From Christensenellaceae bacterium (GTDB lineage: Bacteria > Bacillota > Clostridia > Christensenellales > CAG-138): DNA of 64,000 nt. Under the pieces are notes generated by a model. The model saw only the letters and a list, made by a program, of their open reading frames with translations, was not told the origin of the DNA and did no database searches. The translations under genes and the position numbers were made by a program. Positions 29,725 to 39,611 of this stretch are shown here, in pieces. The number at the start of each line of letters is the position of its first letter. Within the stretch, counting starts at the first letter, position 1. The stretch spans positions 453,354 to 517,353 of the forward strand of contig OY762936.1 in the NCBI GenBank assembly GCA_963666935.1. The letters run 5' to 3'.

Positions 29725-30918
29725 TTGAGTATGCGGCAGAGAGCCGACTGGACGATTTTAATTTATGCTGACGGCAACAACGATCTCGAACCTGAAATGC
29801 AGCGGGTTTTGCATGATGCAGAAACGGTTGGATCAAATTTAAATGTGAACGTGGCGATACAAATTGGCAGAGCGGAATTTGAGCTTGTGAAGCTTATAAG
29901 GCCTGGCGCTAATTTGAAAGATGATCATAGTTGGAGCGGCGTCAGGCGCTATTTTGTTACCCAAGGCGATTCCGAATTGGTTGAAAGCCTGAATAAAGCC
30001 AATATGGCAGATCCCAGGCAGCTTTATCAGTTTGTTAAATGGGGTATTCTGTCTTATCCGGCGGAAAGATACATGCTGGTATTAAGCGGCCATAGTTATC
30101 ACTGCGTTGGCATGATAACCGATTACAGCGAGAATGCCCCCTGTATAATGGGACTTCCGGAAATGGTTAACGCCATCAATATGGCCGCAAACGAAACGGA
30201 CAAGAAAATCGATGTTCTCGTGATAGACGCTTGTTACTCCAATTCGTTAGAGCTCCTTTATGAATTTGGTATGGATGAAAATCATGCGGTTCAAAATGTC
30301 ATTACCTATATTGTTAACGGGCCGATAGAGGGGTTGCCCTATAATCACGTCATTAACTTGGTGCAGGCAAATTGTATTGAAGATACTGAGGTGCTAATCA
30401 AAAATCTCATACAAAATCTATCGCATAATTTAGTTTCCTTTAGAATAGACCATAAGGCGCTTCTGCAAATCAAGCAGTTATTTAGTGATAAATCTGCCGA
30501 GTGCATTTCAAAAAACGCGGGTGATGCCATGCTGGATCATCAAACACTGGTTATGGAACAAAGGCGTATCATTCAGTTCATATCCAGCCGGGCACTGCCT
30601 ATTTATATTTATTATTATAAACAAAGTGATAACAACCAATTAATTATGGTAAAAGGCGGTATCGGCAGTCGTTTCAAAATAGAGGAAAATTACTACCGGT
30701 TGGGATTTGCGCAGAATAATTGTTGGACCCGCTTGCTAAACGATAAACCGGTCGATTTCGATAAGGTAAATGCCATGCAAAAAGAAAGTATGCAGCCGCT
30801 GGAAATGAGTCCTCAGGAAGTATACGAGAGTATTGCTATCATTAAACCAGGTCTGGAGCAAGCACAAATCAGTGATATCTTAAATAGGCTTTATCAGCAT
30901 AAGAATTGGCTTTTATGA
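29725..30918 (+). CDS. clostripain-like cysteine peptidase (MEROPS C11, clan CD), no signal peptide
   Basis: WTILIYADGNNDLE N-terminal block is present. His (LSGHSYHC) and Cys (LVIDACYSNS) catalytic-dyad blocks are in C11 order. TTG start at 29725 or ATG at 29731. A tandem 13-mer aaggagcgattaa x2 precedes the start. Confidence 0.7.
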   Translation: MSMRQRADWTILIYADGNNDLEPEMQRVLHDAETVGSNLNVNVAIQIGRAEFELVKLIRPGANLKDDHSWSGVRRYFVTQGDSELVESLNKANMADPRQLYQFVKWGILSYPAERYMLVLSGHSYHCVGMITDYSENAPCIMGLPEMVNAINMAANETDKKIDVLVIDACYSNSLELLYEFGMDENHAVQNVITYIVNGPIEGLPYNHVINLVQANCIEDTEVLIKNLIQNLSHNLVSFRIDHKALLQIKQLFSDKSAECISKNAGDAMLDHQTLVMEQRRIIQFISSRALPIYIYYYKQSDNNQLIMVKGGIGSRFKIEENYYRLGFAQNNCWTRLLNDKPVDFDKVNAMQKESMQPLEMSPQEVYESIAIIKPGLEQAQISDILNRLYQHKNWLL

Positions 30919-31055
30919 TCAGCAGACGGTAACGGAGCTCATGAATAATCCCGGCCGCTAAAACGCTCTACCGTAGCGTTTTTTAACGCGGCTTTGAATC
31001 CCGCCATATAAATAAGTTGCCAAAACAAAGGGCACCCTATGGGTGCCCTTTGTTT

Positions 31056-31148
31056 TGGCGGAGAAGGAGGGATTCGAACCCTCGCGCCAGTTACCCCAGC
31101 CTACTCCCTTAGCAGGGGAGCCCCTTACAGCCACTTGGGTACTTCTCC
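31056..31148 (-). tRNA. tRNA-Ser (anticodon GCU)
   Basis: Reverse complement ggagaagtacccaagtggctgtaaggggctcccctGCTaagggag...gcgagggttcgaatccctccttctccgcca. It has a long variable arm and a 7-bp acceptor stem with G73 and encoded CCA. It is followed by hairpin terminator gggcaccctatgggtgccc. Confidence 0.85.
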
Positions 31149-31181
31149 ACAAAACTGTATCACAAAGTAAAAATGTATCGT

Positions 31182-31270
31182 TGGCGGAGAGAGAGGGATT
31201 CGAACCCCCGGTGCCTTGCGGCATCACTGGTTTTCAAGACCAGCTCCATAAACCACTCGGACATCTCTCC
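31182..31270 (-). tRNA. tRNA-Ser (anticodon UGA)
   Basis: Reverse complement ggagagatgtccgagtggtttatggagctggtctTGAaaaccag...ggggttcgaatccctctctctccgcca. Confidence 0.85.
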
Positions 31271-31390
31271 TTAATGAGCCTTTGTATTATAGCAAAGTCA
31301 AGGAGCCGGTGTCAATATGGTTGTGTTTTGTTTTGCGTTGTATTAGAATATTTATGTAGACAAATCAGCTAATTTTCGTGGAGGTAAGAT

Positions 31391-32611
31391 ATGGGCATCA
31401 TTAAAGCGCTCGCGGGGGCAATCGGCGGTGGGTTTGCGGATCAGTGGCTTGAAGTTCTGGAACCAAACGACATGTCGGATACGACGGTCTTTACCCAGGG
31501 CGTCACCGTACGCAAGGACGATCGGCGCAGCTCCAATACAAAAGGAACGGCGGATACTGTTTCCAACGGCTCCATCATCCACGTCTACGACAACCAGTTC
31601 ATGATGCTGGTAGACGGTGGCAAAGTGGTGGATTACACTGCGGAGCCCGGTTATTACAAAGTGGATGATTCTTCGCTGCCGTCTTTGTTTAACGGCCAGT
31701 TCGGGGATACGCTCAAAGAGGCGTTCGCAAGAATTAAATTCGGCGGCGTGCCCAGCAGCGCCCAGAAGGCGTTTTACATCAACCTTCAGGAGATTAAGGG
31801 CATCAAGTTCGGCACCCGCAATCCAATCAACTACTTCGATTGTTTTTACAATTCCGAGCTGTTTTTGAGGGCACACGGAACCTATTCCCTCAAAATCACG
31901 GATCCTATTAAATTCTATCAGGAAGCGGTGCCCAGGAATGCGGAGCGGGTGGACATCGTAGATATTAATGAGCAGTACATGGCGGAGTTTTTAGAGGCGC
32001 TGCAGTCTGCCATCAACCAGATGAGCGCGGAAGGAACCCGCATTTCCTTTGTCACCGGCAAGGCCCGGGAACTGGGCAAATATATGTCCCAAACGCTGGA
32101 TGAAGATTGGAAGCAGATGCGCGGCATGGAAGTCCAGTCCGTTGGCATCGCCAGCATCTCCTACGACGAGGAGTCCCAGAAGCTCATCAATATGCGCAAC
32201 CAGGGCGCAATGCTGGGGGATCCCAACGTGCGCGAAGGCTATGTGCAGGGTTCTATCGCCCGGGGCATGGAAGCGGCGGGCAGCAATAGCAGTGGCGCGG
32301 CGGCGGCGTTTATGGGCGTGGGCATCGGCATGCAGGCCACCGGCGGTGCGGCCACGGCCTTTTCTCAGAGCAATCAGGCTCAAATGCAGCAGCAGGCGCA
32401 GCAGCCTGCGCAGCCGCCAATGCAGGCGGCCGTGGTGCAGCAAGTTGGCGGGTGGACTTGCGCCTGTGGAAGCGTAAATTCCGCCAATGCAAAGTTCTGT
32501 CCCCAGTGCGGCGGGAAAAAGCCAGAGGGCGGTGGCTTCTGCTCTCAGTGTGGCGCCAAAACTTCACCCGACGCCAAATTCTGCCCCGAATGCGGAAACA
32601 AACTGAACTGA
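31391..32611 (+). CDS. SPFH/band-7-like (Band_7_1, virion-core-protein-like) domain protein with Q-rich linker and three C-terminal CxxC zinc ribbons
   Basis: N-terminal MGIIKALAGAIGGGFADQW is typical of the family. C-terminal CACGSVNSANAKFCPQCG...CSQCGAKTSPDAKFCPECG. Confidence 0.55.
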   Translation: MGIIKALAGAIGGGFADQWLEVLEPNDMSDTTVFTQGVTVRKDDRRSSNTKGTADTVSNGSIIHVYDNQFMMLVDGGKVVDYTAEPGYYKVDDSSLPSLFNGQFGDTLKEAFARIKFGGVPSSAQKAFYINLQEIKGIKFGTRNPINYFDCFYNSELFLRAHGTYSLKITDPIKFYQEAVPRNAERVDIVDINEQYMAEFLEALQSAINQMSAEGTRISFVTGKARELGKYMSQTLDEDWKQMRGMEVQSVGIASISYDEESQKLINMRNQGAMLGDPNVREGYVQGSIARGMEAAGSNSSGAAAAFMGVGIGMQATGGAATAFSQSNQAQMQQQAQQPAQPPMQAAVVQQVGGWTCACGSVNSANAKFCPQCGGKKPEGGGFCSQCGAKTSPDAKFCPECGNKLN

Positions 32612-32675
32612 ACGAATCAGGGAGGGCTGCCGCGTTTTGCGGCGGCCCTTTCTTACTAGTAGATGGGAGGAGCGC

Positions 32676-33734
32676 ATGTCAGTTATAACCTATAAATGCC
32701 CCCGCTGCGATGCGGAGCTGATTTTCCGCCCCAAGACGGGCGATTTTGGCTGCGAATACTGCGGCGCGGCCTATACGGAGGCACAGCTTCAAGAAATCGC
32801 GCAAAAGCAGGGCATCAATCAGCAGGAAGAAGCGCAGAAACCAGAACCCGCTCCGGCGGAGCTGGAACACACTGTTGTGTTTAGCTGTCCCAGCTGCGGC
32901 GCGGAAGTGGTGACGGATGATACCACGGCGGCAACCTTTTGCTTCTATTGCCACAACCCGGTTATCATGAAGGGGCGGCTGTCCGGGGCGTTCAAGCCGG
33001 ATCAGGTCATCCCTTTTTCCGTTTCCAAAGACGAGGTCAAAGGGCGGCTCCTGAAGTGGTGCAAGAAAAAGAAGTTTATTAAAGAGGATTTCTGCAGCGA
33101 AATGCAGATGGAAAAGCTTTCGGGGGTCTACTTCCCCTTCTGGGTGGTGGATGCGGATTCTCATGTGCAATATTCCGCAGAGGGCACCGTCCTTCGGGTC
33201 TGGCGCGTGGGGGATATCGAGTATACCGAAACCAGCAAATATGCGCTGGAGCGGGAAGGCGATGTGGACTTAAACGAAATTACCGTCAAGGCCATCAGCC
33301 GGGATGATGTGAAGCTGCTTGCTGGGCTGTATCCCTATGACATGAGCGCCCGCAAGGAATTCAACATGGGGTATCTCTCCGGTTTTCTGGCGGAAAAGCG
33401 CAATGTGGAAAAAGCGGCCGCCACGCCGGAGGTTAAGGGCATCATTCAAAACGCATCGGAGTGCATGATCCGGGATACCACGTCCGGTTATGGCACAGTC
33501 GTCACCAAGCGGCTGCATGTGGCGGATAAGAAACAGGATTGGAAGTATTTGCTCATGCCTGCATGGACCATGACCTATCAGTACCGGGGCGAAATGTTTT
33601 ACTTCGCCATGAACGGGCAAACGGGTCAGGTTGCCGGGCGGGTTCCCGTGAGCGGCAAGAAGCTCTTATGGCTGTTCTTGGGACTGTTTGCGGCGGTAAC
33701 ACTGATTGGGCTGGCAGTGGGGTGGTTTGTATGA
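32676..33734 (+). CDS. zinc-ribbon protein with C-terminal TM anchor (YdjG-like partner of SPFH/TPM proteins)
   Basis: RBS gggaggag precedes the ATG at 32676. N-terminal zinc ribbons YKCPRCDAE..CEYCG and FSCPSCGAE..CFYC are present. There is a C-terminal hydrophobic helix. Confidence 0.45.
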   Translation: MSVITYKCPRCDAELIFRPKTGDFGCEYCGAAYTEAQLQEIAQKQGINQQEEAQKPEPAPAELEHTVVFSCPSCGAEVVTDDTTAATFCFYCHNPVIMKGRLSGAFKPDQVIPFSVSKDEVKGRLLKWCKKKKFIKEDFCSEMQMEKLSGVYFPFWVVDADSHVQYSAEGTVLRVWRVGDIEYTETSKYALEREGDVDLNEITVKAISRDDVKLLAGLYPYDMSARKEFNMGYLSGFLAEKRNVEKAAATPEVKGIIQNASECMIRDTTSGYGTVVTKRLHVADKKQDWKYLLMPAWTMTYQYRGEMFYFAMNGQTGQVAGRVPVSGKKLLWLFLGLFAAVTLIGLAVGWFV

Positions 33735-34573
33735 GAAAAAAGATTTTAATGCTTTTTATGGTGGCGGTGCTGACGGTTTGTTCGTCGGCGCTGGCGCTGG
33801 GCAACCGGGTATTTGACGACGCGGATCTGTTCACTTCTCAAGAGGAAGCGGAAATTCAGGCCCGAATCGAGGAAATCTGCGCCGACGGCAAAACGGATAT
33901 CGCGGTGCATACCGCCGACCACGGCATATCCGATACCCAGAGCTATGCGGACAATTACTATGAGGCGGGCGGCTTCGGCGTGGGCGACCACCATACCGGC
34001 GCATTGTTCCTCGTCGATATGCAAAACCGCATCACCTACATCTCTACCGAAGGTGATATGATCGACATCATCGACGACCAGCGTGAAGAGGCGATTTTCG
34101 ACGCGCAGGCCGATTATCTGGCCGATGGGGATTACGCGGGCGCAATTATGAAGGCGCTGGATTTGACACAGAAGTATCTTCAAGAGGGTGTCGCAGAGGG
34201 TTTCTATGCCTATGATGAGAAAACGGGCGAAAGACTGTCTCCTGAAGCGTACGGCAGTACCCGCACGGAATACCAAAAACCTCGCGGCCTCTCGCTGACG
34301 GAAATCGCGATCAGTCTGGCGGTGGGTCTGCTGGTGGGAGGCGTCACGGTGCTTGCCATTCGCGGCAGCTATAAAAAGCCCTTTAAGGAAGTTCCGTATG
34401 CTTTCCGGGAGAAGGGGCGGTTAAGCCTCTCCCGTCACGAGTCCCGTCTTACAAACAAATTTGTCACCACTCGACGCATTCCGAAAAACCAAAACAGCGG
34501 CGGCGGTCACAGCGGCGGGGTACATACCTCTTCCGGCGGCCGTTCCCACGGCGGCGGTGGCCGAGGATTCTGA
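33731..34573 (+). CDS. TPM-domain (TLP18.3/Psb32/MOLO-1-like) protein with signal peptide, TM helix and Gly-rich C-tail
   Basis: ATGA overlap with the upstream gene. Signal peptide, then NRVFDDADLFTSQEEAEIQARIEE (TPM N-terminus), a TM helix and GGGHSGG...GGGGRGF. Confidence 0.6.
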   Translation: MRKKILMLFMVAVLTVCSSALALGNRVFDDADLFTSQEEAEIQARIEEICADGKTDIAVHTADHGISDTQSYADNYYEAGGFGVGDHHTGALFLVDMQNRITYISTEGDMIDIIDDQREEAIFDAQADYLADGDYAGAIMKALDLTQKYLQEGVAEGFYAYDEKTGERLSPEAYGSTRTEYQKPRGLSLTEIAISLAVGLLVGGVTVLAIRGSYKKPFKEVPYAFREKGRLSLSRHESRLTNKFVTTRRIPKNQNSGGGHSGGVHTSSGGRSHGGGGRGF

Positions 34574-34619
34574 CAATACAAAAAAGGCTCTGTTTACACA
34601 GGGCCTTTTTGCATGTCTT

Positions 34620-35315
34620 TTATCTTCTTGAACTTCTTGCGATAAAGAAAAGCCGCAAAAAGCTCACCAGCGCTGCCAACACCGCCACCACGTAGGTCAT
34701 GGCCGCGGCCCGAAGCACCCGCTTTGCACCGGTCTCCTCTTCGGGGGCGATATAGTCGCCGGCTTCCAGCAACGCAATGGCCCGCCGGGAAGCGTTAAGC
34801 TCTACCGGCAGCGTAATTACCTGAAAAACCAGTATGCCAAGGAACAGCCAAACACCGATCATGGCCAGATCATAAGAACCCATCAGTGCGCCCAGTATGG
34901 TAATGACTGGTGCTGCATAAGAGCCGAAAGAAGCCGCGGGCAATATCACGTTGCGGATCCGGATGGGGATGTACCCCTCTTCGTACTGCATCACGTGGCC
35001 GATCTCATGGGCAGCTACTGCCAAGGCAGCGACGGAGGAGTTGTTGAAAACCGCTTCGGAAAGCCCCACTGTATTTGATCTGGGGTCGTAATGGTCGGTG
35101 AGCTTGCCGCGCACAGGTGTAACCTGCACGCTGCTGTTGTTGGCTTGAAGCATCCGCGTGGCCATCTCGCTGGCAGGCATACCCGAACGGGAGGGCTCTT
35201 TTGAATACTTGTTGTAAGCCCTGCCGACGCCCGCCTGGGCTACAATTCCCAGCACAAAGACCGCCAGAATCAAGAGAAGCAGCGTGTCGTTTAAACCGTA
35301 AAAATATAAGGGCAT
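34620..35315 (-). CDS. YugP-like membrane zinc metallopeptidase
   Basis: HEIGH zinc motif and N-/C-terminal TM helices are present. RBS aggagg precedes the ATG. Confidence 0.6.
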   Translation of the reverse strand: MPLYFYGLNDTLLLLILAVFVLGIVAQAGVGRAYNKYSKEPSRSGMPASEMATRMLQANNSSVQVTPVRGKLTDHYDPRSNTVGLSEAVFNNSSVAALAVAAHEIGHVMQYEEGYIPIRIRNVILPAASFGSYAAPVITILGALMGSYDLAMIGVWLFLGILVFQVITLPVELNASRRAIALLEAGDYIAPEEETGAKRVLRAAAMTYVVAVLAALVSFLRLFFIARSSRR

Positions 35316-35426
35316 AATAACACCTCCTGTTCAGTATTATAACAAAAAAATGATGCACCAGCCGCGCAAAAACCATTTTTTCACAAAAAAACCGCCATCG
35401 TATCGCAATGGCGGTTGGGGGTTGCT

Positions 35427-36170
35427 TTATTCGGCGTCTGTGGGGGAAACGTCCGTAGGGGAAGCATCATCCAAAGCCGGGCGGCATACTACCACCACGC
35501 GTTCGTTGGATGTTCCTGCGCTGCTGTTCCAGTCCCCGTGGCAGGTGATTAGGGTCATGCGCACGTCATCAAGGTCGTAGGCCATCACCCAGTCCGGCAC
35601 GTCGTCGATGGTGATGAGGTCCACGGTGTCCACAAAGAAGGACATGGTGCTGCCGTCGGCGTACTCGATGACAATCTCTTCTCCGTGGGTGAGATCTGAC
35701 AATATGGAGAATACTCCCGCAACCTTTTTCCAGCGCACGTGCCCGTTGATGATGGCGTTGCCCTCCTCGCCGGGGGAGGCGCTGTCGGTGAGCCAAGCGG
35801 CCACCTTTTCGGAATCTATGGTGCCCATGGCGTAGGTGGGATTCCCGTCTTTGTCCGTGATCGTGTCGCCTTTTTTATCCGTCTGGGTTACTACGCCCAC
35901 GGTTTCGATGGGGCAGCTGATCTCCCGGTCCACGAAGTACATCCTCACAGGAACCTTCTTCACGTAGGGCGTGGGAGAGGGGGTGGGCGCAGCCGTGGCG
36001 ACCGTGTCCAACGTGGGCGCGGGTGTGATGGTAACGGTGGGCGGCGCAACATACTTGTCCGGGATGAACACATACTGGCGTATGATAATGATGGCACCCG
36101 CTATAAAAAGCACCGCGCTAAGGGAGAGTAGTGCAATATTAAACAGCTTGCTTTTGTTCATTTTCTTCAT
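35427..36170 (-). CDS. sortase family transpeptidase
   Basis: N-terminal TM anchor. Catalytic His (INGHV), TLITC Cys motif and downstream Arg are present. Confidence 0.6.
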   Translation of the reverse strand: MKKMNKSKLFNIALLSLSAVLFIAGAIIIIRQYVFIPDKYVAPPTVTITPAPTLDTVATAAPTPSPTPYVKKVPVRMYFVDREISCPIETVGVVTQTDKKGDTITDKDGNPTYAMGTIDSEKVAAWLTDSASPGEEGNAIINGHVRWKKVAGVFSILSDLTHGEEIVIEYADGSTMSFFVDTVDLITIDDVPDWVMAYDLDDVRMTLITCHGDWNSSAGTSNERVVVVCRPALDDASPTDVSPTDAE

Positions 36171-36272
36171 AGCGCGATTATATCATTGTTTTTCAGCTGC
36201 AACAAGTTAACATTTTTTGATGTTTATGTTATAATGATGATTCGAAAAAAATCAGGCGAAGCGGAGAACTGT

Positions 36273-37967
36273 ATGGAACAAAAGCAAGCGCTGGCGGCAG
36301 CCATTTCACAAAAGACCGGGATGAATCAGTCGGAGATTCTGGACTGGATCGAAATCCCCCCCAATCCAGACCTGGGCGATTATGCGTTTCCCTGCTTTCG
36401 TCTGGCAAAAGCCCTGCGCAAAGCGCCGCCTGTCATTGCGGCAGAGCTGAAAGAATCCGTGGCCCTTCCCGCGGGCATTTGCCGCGCGGAGGTTACGGGC
36501 GGTTATCTGAATTTTTTTGAGGATAAGTCCTCCTTTGCGGAGGGGATTCTCAATAAAATCCTCTCCGAAGGGGAAAAATACGGAAGCGGCAGCCTGGGCG
36601 GCGGCCGTAACGTATGTATTGACTATTCGTCCATCAATATCGCAAAGCCCTTCCATATCGGGCACCTTTCCAGCACCGCCATCGGCAACTCCCTCTATCG
36701 GATCTACGGTTTTTTGGGCTATACTCCCGTGGGCATCAACCATCTGGGGGACTGGGGAACCCAGTTCGGCAAGATGATCGTGGCGTACAAAATGTGGGGA
36801 AATCAGGCGCTGGTGGAAAAGGAGTCCGTCCGGGGTCTGGTGAAGCTGTATGTCCGCTTTCATGACGAGGCGGAAACCCATCCGGAACTCAACGACGAAG
36901 CCCGTGCCTGGTTCCGCAAAATCGAGCTTGGTGACCCGGAGGCGCTTGCGCTTTTTAACTGGTTTAAAGAAATTACCATGAAGGAAGTTTTCAATGTTTA
37001 CGACCTTCTGGGCGTGAAGTTCGACAGCTATGCCGGCGAGAGCTTTTATGAAGATAAAATGGCGCCCGTGGTGGAGAAGATGCGCGAAAAGGGCATTCTA
37101 AAAGAAGATCAAGGGGCGCAGATCGTAGATCTGTCGGAGTACGATATGCCACCGTGCATCATATTGCGCAGCGATGGTGCCACCCTGTACGCCACAAGGG
37201 ATGTGGCAACGGCCATCTACCGGAAGAATACCTACGATTTTGCCAAGTCTCTCTACGTAGTGGCCTACCAGCAGAACCTGCATTTCCGTCAGCTTTTCAA
37301 GGTGCTGGAGCTGATGGGTTATGATTGGGTCAAGGATTGCGAGCATGTGAATTTCGGCATGGTTTCCATGGAGGAGGGCACCCTTTCCACCCGCCATGGC
37401 AACGTGGTTTACCTTGAGGATGTATTGAAGGCTGCCATGGAAAAGACGCTGGAGATCATCAAAGAGAAAAGCCCCGATCTAGAAAATAAGGAAGACGCGG
37501 CAAAAGCTGTGGGCGTGGGCGCGGTGATCTGGGGCGTGCTTTATAACAGCCGCATCAAGGATATCACCTTTTCTTGGTCCAAGGCGCTCAACTTCGATGG
37601 CGAAACCGGCCCCTATGTCCAGTATACCCATGCCCGCTGCTGCAGCGTGCTGAAAAAGGCGGGCGGGTATGATAGATCCCTCGTGGACGCATCTCTCTTA
37701 ACGGACGCCGCCTCTATGGCTGTGATCAAGGCTATGGGCGGCTTCCCGGAGGCGGTGCGCGCGGCGGCGGAGAAGAACGAGCCCTATCTGGTTGCCCGGG
37801 CCGTCATGGATGTGGCGAGCACAACCAACAAATTCTACTATGACAACCGTATCATGGACGATGATCCGGCTGTGCGCAGTGCCAGGCTGGCGCTGACGGA
37901 CGCGGCCCGGACCGTGATCAAAACAGGCCTGTACCTTTTGGGGCTGCAGGCGCCGGAACGGATGTAG
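36273..37967 (+). CDS. argS: arginine--tRNA ligase
   Basis: Class I HIGH motif (PFHIGHLSS) is present, along with N-terminal Arg_tRNA_synt_N features and a C-terminal DALR-like domain ending ...ERM. Confidence 0.85.
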   Translation: MEQKQALAAAISQKTGMNQSEILDWIEIPPNPDLGDYAFPCFRLAKALRKAPPVIAAELKESVALPAGICRAEVTGGYLNFFEDKSSFAEGILNKILSEGEKYGSGSLGGGRNVCIDYSSINIAKPFHIGHLSSTAIGNSLYRIYGFLGYTPVGINHLGDWGTQFGKMIVAYKMWGNQALVEKESVRGLVKLYVRFHDEAETHPELNDEARAWFRKIELGDPEALALFNWFKEITMKEVFNVYDLLGVKFDSYAGESFYEDKMAPVVEKMREKGILKEDQGAQIVDLSEYDMPPCIILRSDGATLYATRDVATAIYRKNTYDFAKSLYVVAYQQNLHFRQLFKVLELMGYDWVKDCEHVNFGMVSMEEGTLSTRHGNVVYLEDVLKAAMEKTLEIIKEKSPDLENKEDAAKAVGVGAVIWGVLYNSRIKDITFSWSKALNFDGETGPYVQYTHARCCSVLKKAGGYDRSLVDASLLTDAASMAVIKAMGGFPEAVRAAAEKNEPYLVARAVMDVASTTNKFYYDNRIMDDDPAVRSARLALTDAARTVIKTGLYLLGLQAPERM

Positions 37968-38017
37968 TTTCAATTACAAGCGAGATGCAATCATAAACGA
38001 TATGGAGGAAAAAGAAC

Positions 38018-39286
38018 ATGTTGGACATTAAGCGGATCCGACAGAACCCAGAGGCGCTCAAAGAAGCCATGCGCAAACGCCGCAACAAGGGCGCGGACGT
38101 GAGCGCGCTCTTAGAGTTGGACGCGGTCCGCAGGCAGGTGATGCAGAAGGCGGAAACGCTCAAGGCGCGCCGAAACGAGGTTTCGGCCAAAATCCCCCAA
38201 ATGAAGAAGGCAGGGGAGGATACGGTTGCCCTCATGGCAGAGATGAAAGAAATCGCCAATCAGATCAAAGAACTGGACGACCGGCTCGCCGTCATGGATG
38301 CGGAGCTGGAATCCATGCTCATGAATATCCCCAACATTCCCCATGAGAGCGTACCTGAGGGAAAGGACGATACTGATAATGAGGAAATCCGCCGGTGGGG
38401 TGATCCTGCGCAATTCGGCTTTGCGCCAAAGGCCCATTGGGAAATCGGCGAGAACCTAAATATTTTGGATTTTGCCGCGGCGGGCAAGATCACCGGCGCG
38501 CGCTTTACCGTGTATCGGGGGCTGGGCTCCCGGCTGGAGCGTTCCATTATCAATTACTTTTTGGACACCCATGCCCAAAATGGTTATACGGAAATATTTC
38601 CTCCCTATATGGTGAACCGGGCTTCCATGACCGGTACGGGCCAGCTCCCCAAGTTTGAGGATGACGCCTTCAAGGTGGCCGGAACGGATTATTTCCTGAT
38701 CCCCACTGCCGAGGTTCCCGTCACCAATATGCTTCGGGGCGATATCGTGGGAGGTGATCTGCTGCCCATCAAGTACTGTGCCTACAGCGCGTGTTTTCGC
38801 AGTGAGGCAGGCAGCGCCGGCCGGGATACCCGGGGCCTTATCCGCCAGCACCAGTTTAACAAGGTGGAGCTTGTGAAGTTCAGCAAGCCCGAAGATTCCT
38901 ATGCGGAGTTGGAGCAGCTCACAAACGACGCGGAACGGGTGCTTCAGGGGTTGGGCCTGCCCTACCGGGTGGTGAACCTCTCTACCGGAGACCTTGGCTT
39001 TAGCAGCGCCAAAACTTACGATATTGAGGTTTGGATGCCCAGCTACAACCGCTATGTGGAAATCAGCTCCTGCTCCAACTTTGAGGACTTCCAAGCGCGT
39101 CGGGCGCAGATCCGGTTCCGCCGGGAAAAGGGCGGCAAGGCTGAACTGGTCCATACCCTCAACGGCAGTGGCGTAGCTGTGGGCCGTACTGTGGCCGCAA
39201 TCCTGGAAAACTGCCAGCAAGCCGACGGTAGCGTTAAAGTTCCGGAGGCGCTTGTGAAGTACATGGGCTGCGAGGTCATTCGGTAG
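38018..39286 (+). CDS. serS: serine--tRNA ligase
   Basis: N-terminal [12 protein letters not shown] plus coiled-coil arm. Class II motifs are present ([30 protein letters not shown]). Confidence 0.9.
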   Translation: MLDIKRIRQNPEALKEAMRKRRNKGADVSALLELDAVRRQVMQKAETLKARRNEVSAKIPQMKKAGEDTVALMAEMKEIANQIKELDDRLAVMDAELESMLMNIPNIPHESVPEGKDDTDNEEIRRWGDPAQFGFAPKAHWEIGENLNILDFAAAGKITGARFTVYRGLGSRLERSIINYFLDTHAQNGYTEIFPPYMVNRASMTGTGQLPKFEDDAFKVAGTDYFLIPTAEVPVTNMLRGDIVGGDLLPIKYCAYSACFRSEAGSAGRDTRGLIRQHQFNKVELVKFSKPEDSYAELEQLTNDAERVLQGLGLPYRVVNLSTGDLGFSSAKTYDIEVWMPSYNRYVEISSCSNFEDFQARRAQIRFRREKGGKAELVHTLNGSGVAVGRTVAAILENCQQADGSVKVPEALVKYMGCEVIR

Positions 39287-39446
39287 TACCGATCACGGAC
39301 TTAATGGAACCCAACCTGGTTCGCTTCAGGTCTGCTTCAAGCGCTGCTGAATTCGCAAAGCACGCTGAATCGGCATACACGCCGGTTGCGGGAAGTGGGA
39401 TATCCATGATATAATTTTGTAATCTGATTGAAGGGGAGTTAGAAAG

Positions 39447-39467
39447 ATGCGCAATTTTTCCTGCTGA
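39447..39467 (+). other. candidate 6-aa leader peptide uORF (MRNFSC) upstream of the ABC-F gene
   Basis: RBS gaaggggag sits 7 nt upstream. ATG CGC AAT TTT TCC TGC TGA. Confidence 0.25.
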
Positions 39468-39611
39468 TTTACAGGGCATAGCGATGCTGTGCAGGCGTTA
39501 TTTTCACGCCGCCGGTTTTGTTGTGCCATCGCAGGAAAGTTGAAACATCTTTTGCTCATCCGGGATCCTCTTTGTACCGTTCTTGTGTGGTACGAAAGCT
39601 GTGTCGTTATG

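Noticed and set aside
36171-36272. T-box riboswitch upstream of argS/serS
   Set aside because: The intergenic space is only about 100 bp (argS) and 50 bp (serS). That is too short for a T-box leader, and no specifier/T-box consensus is visible.
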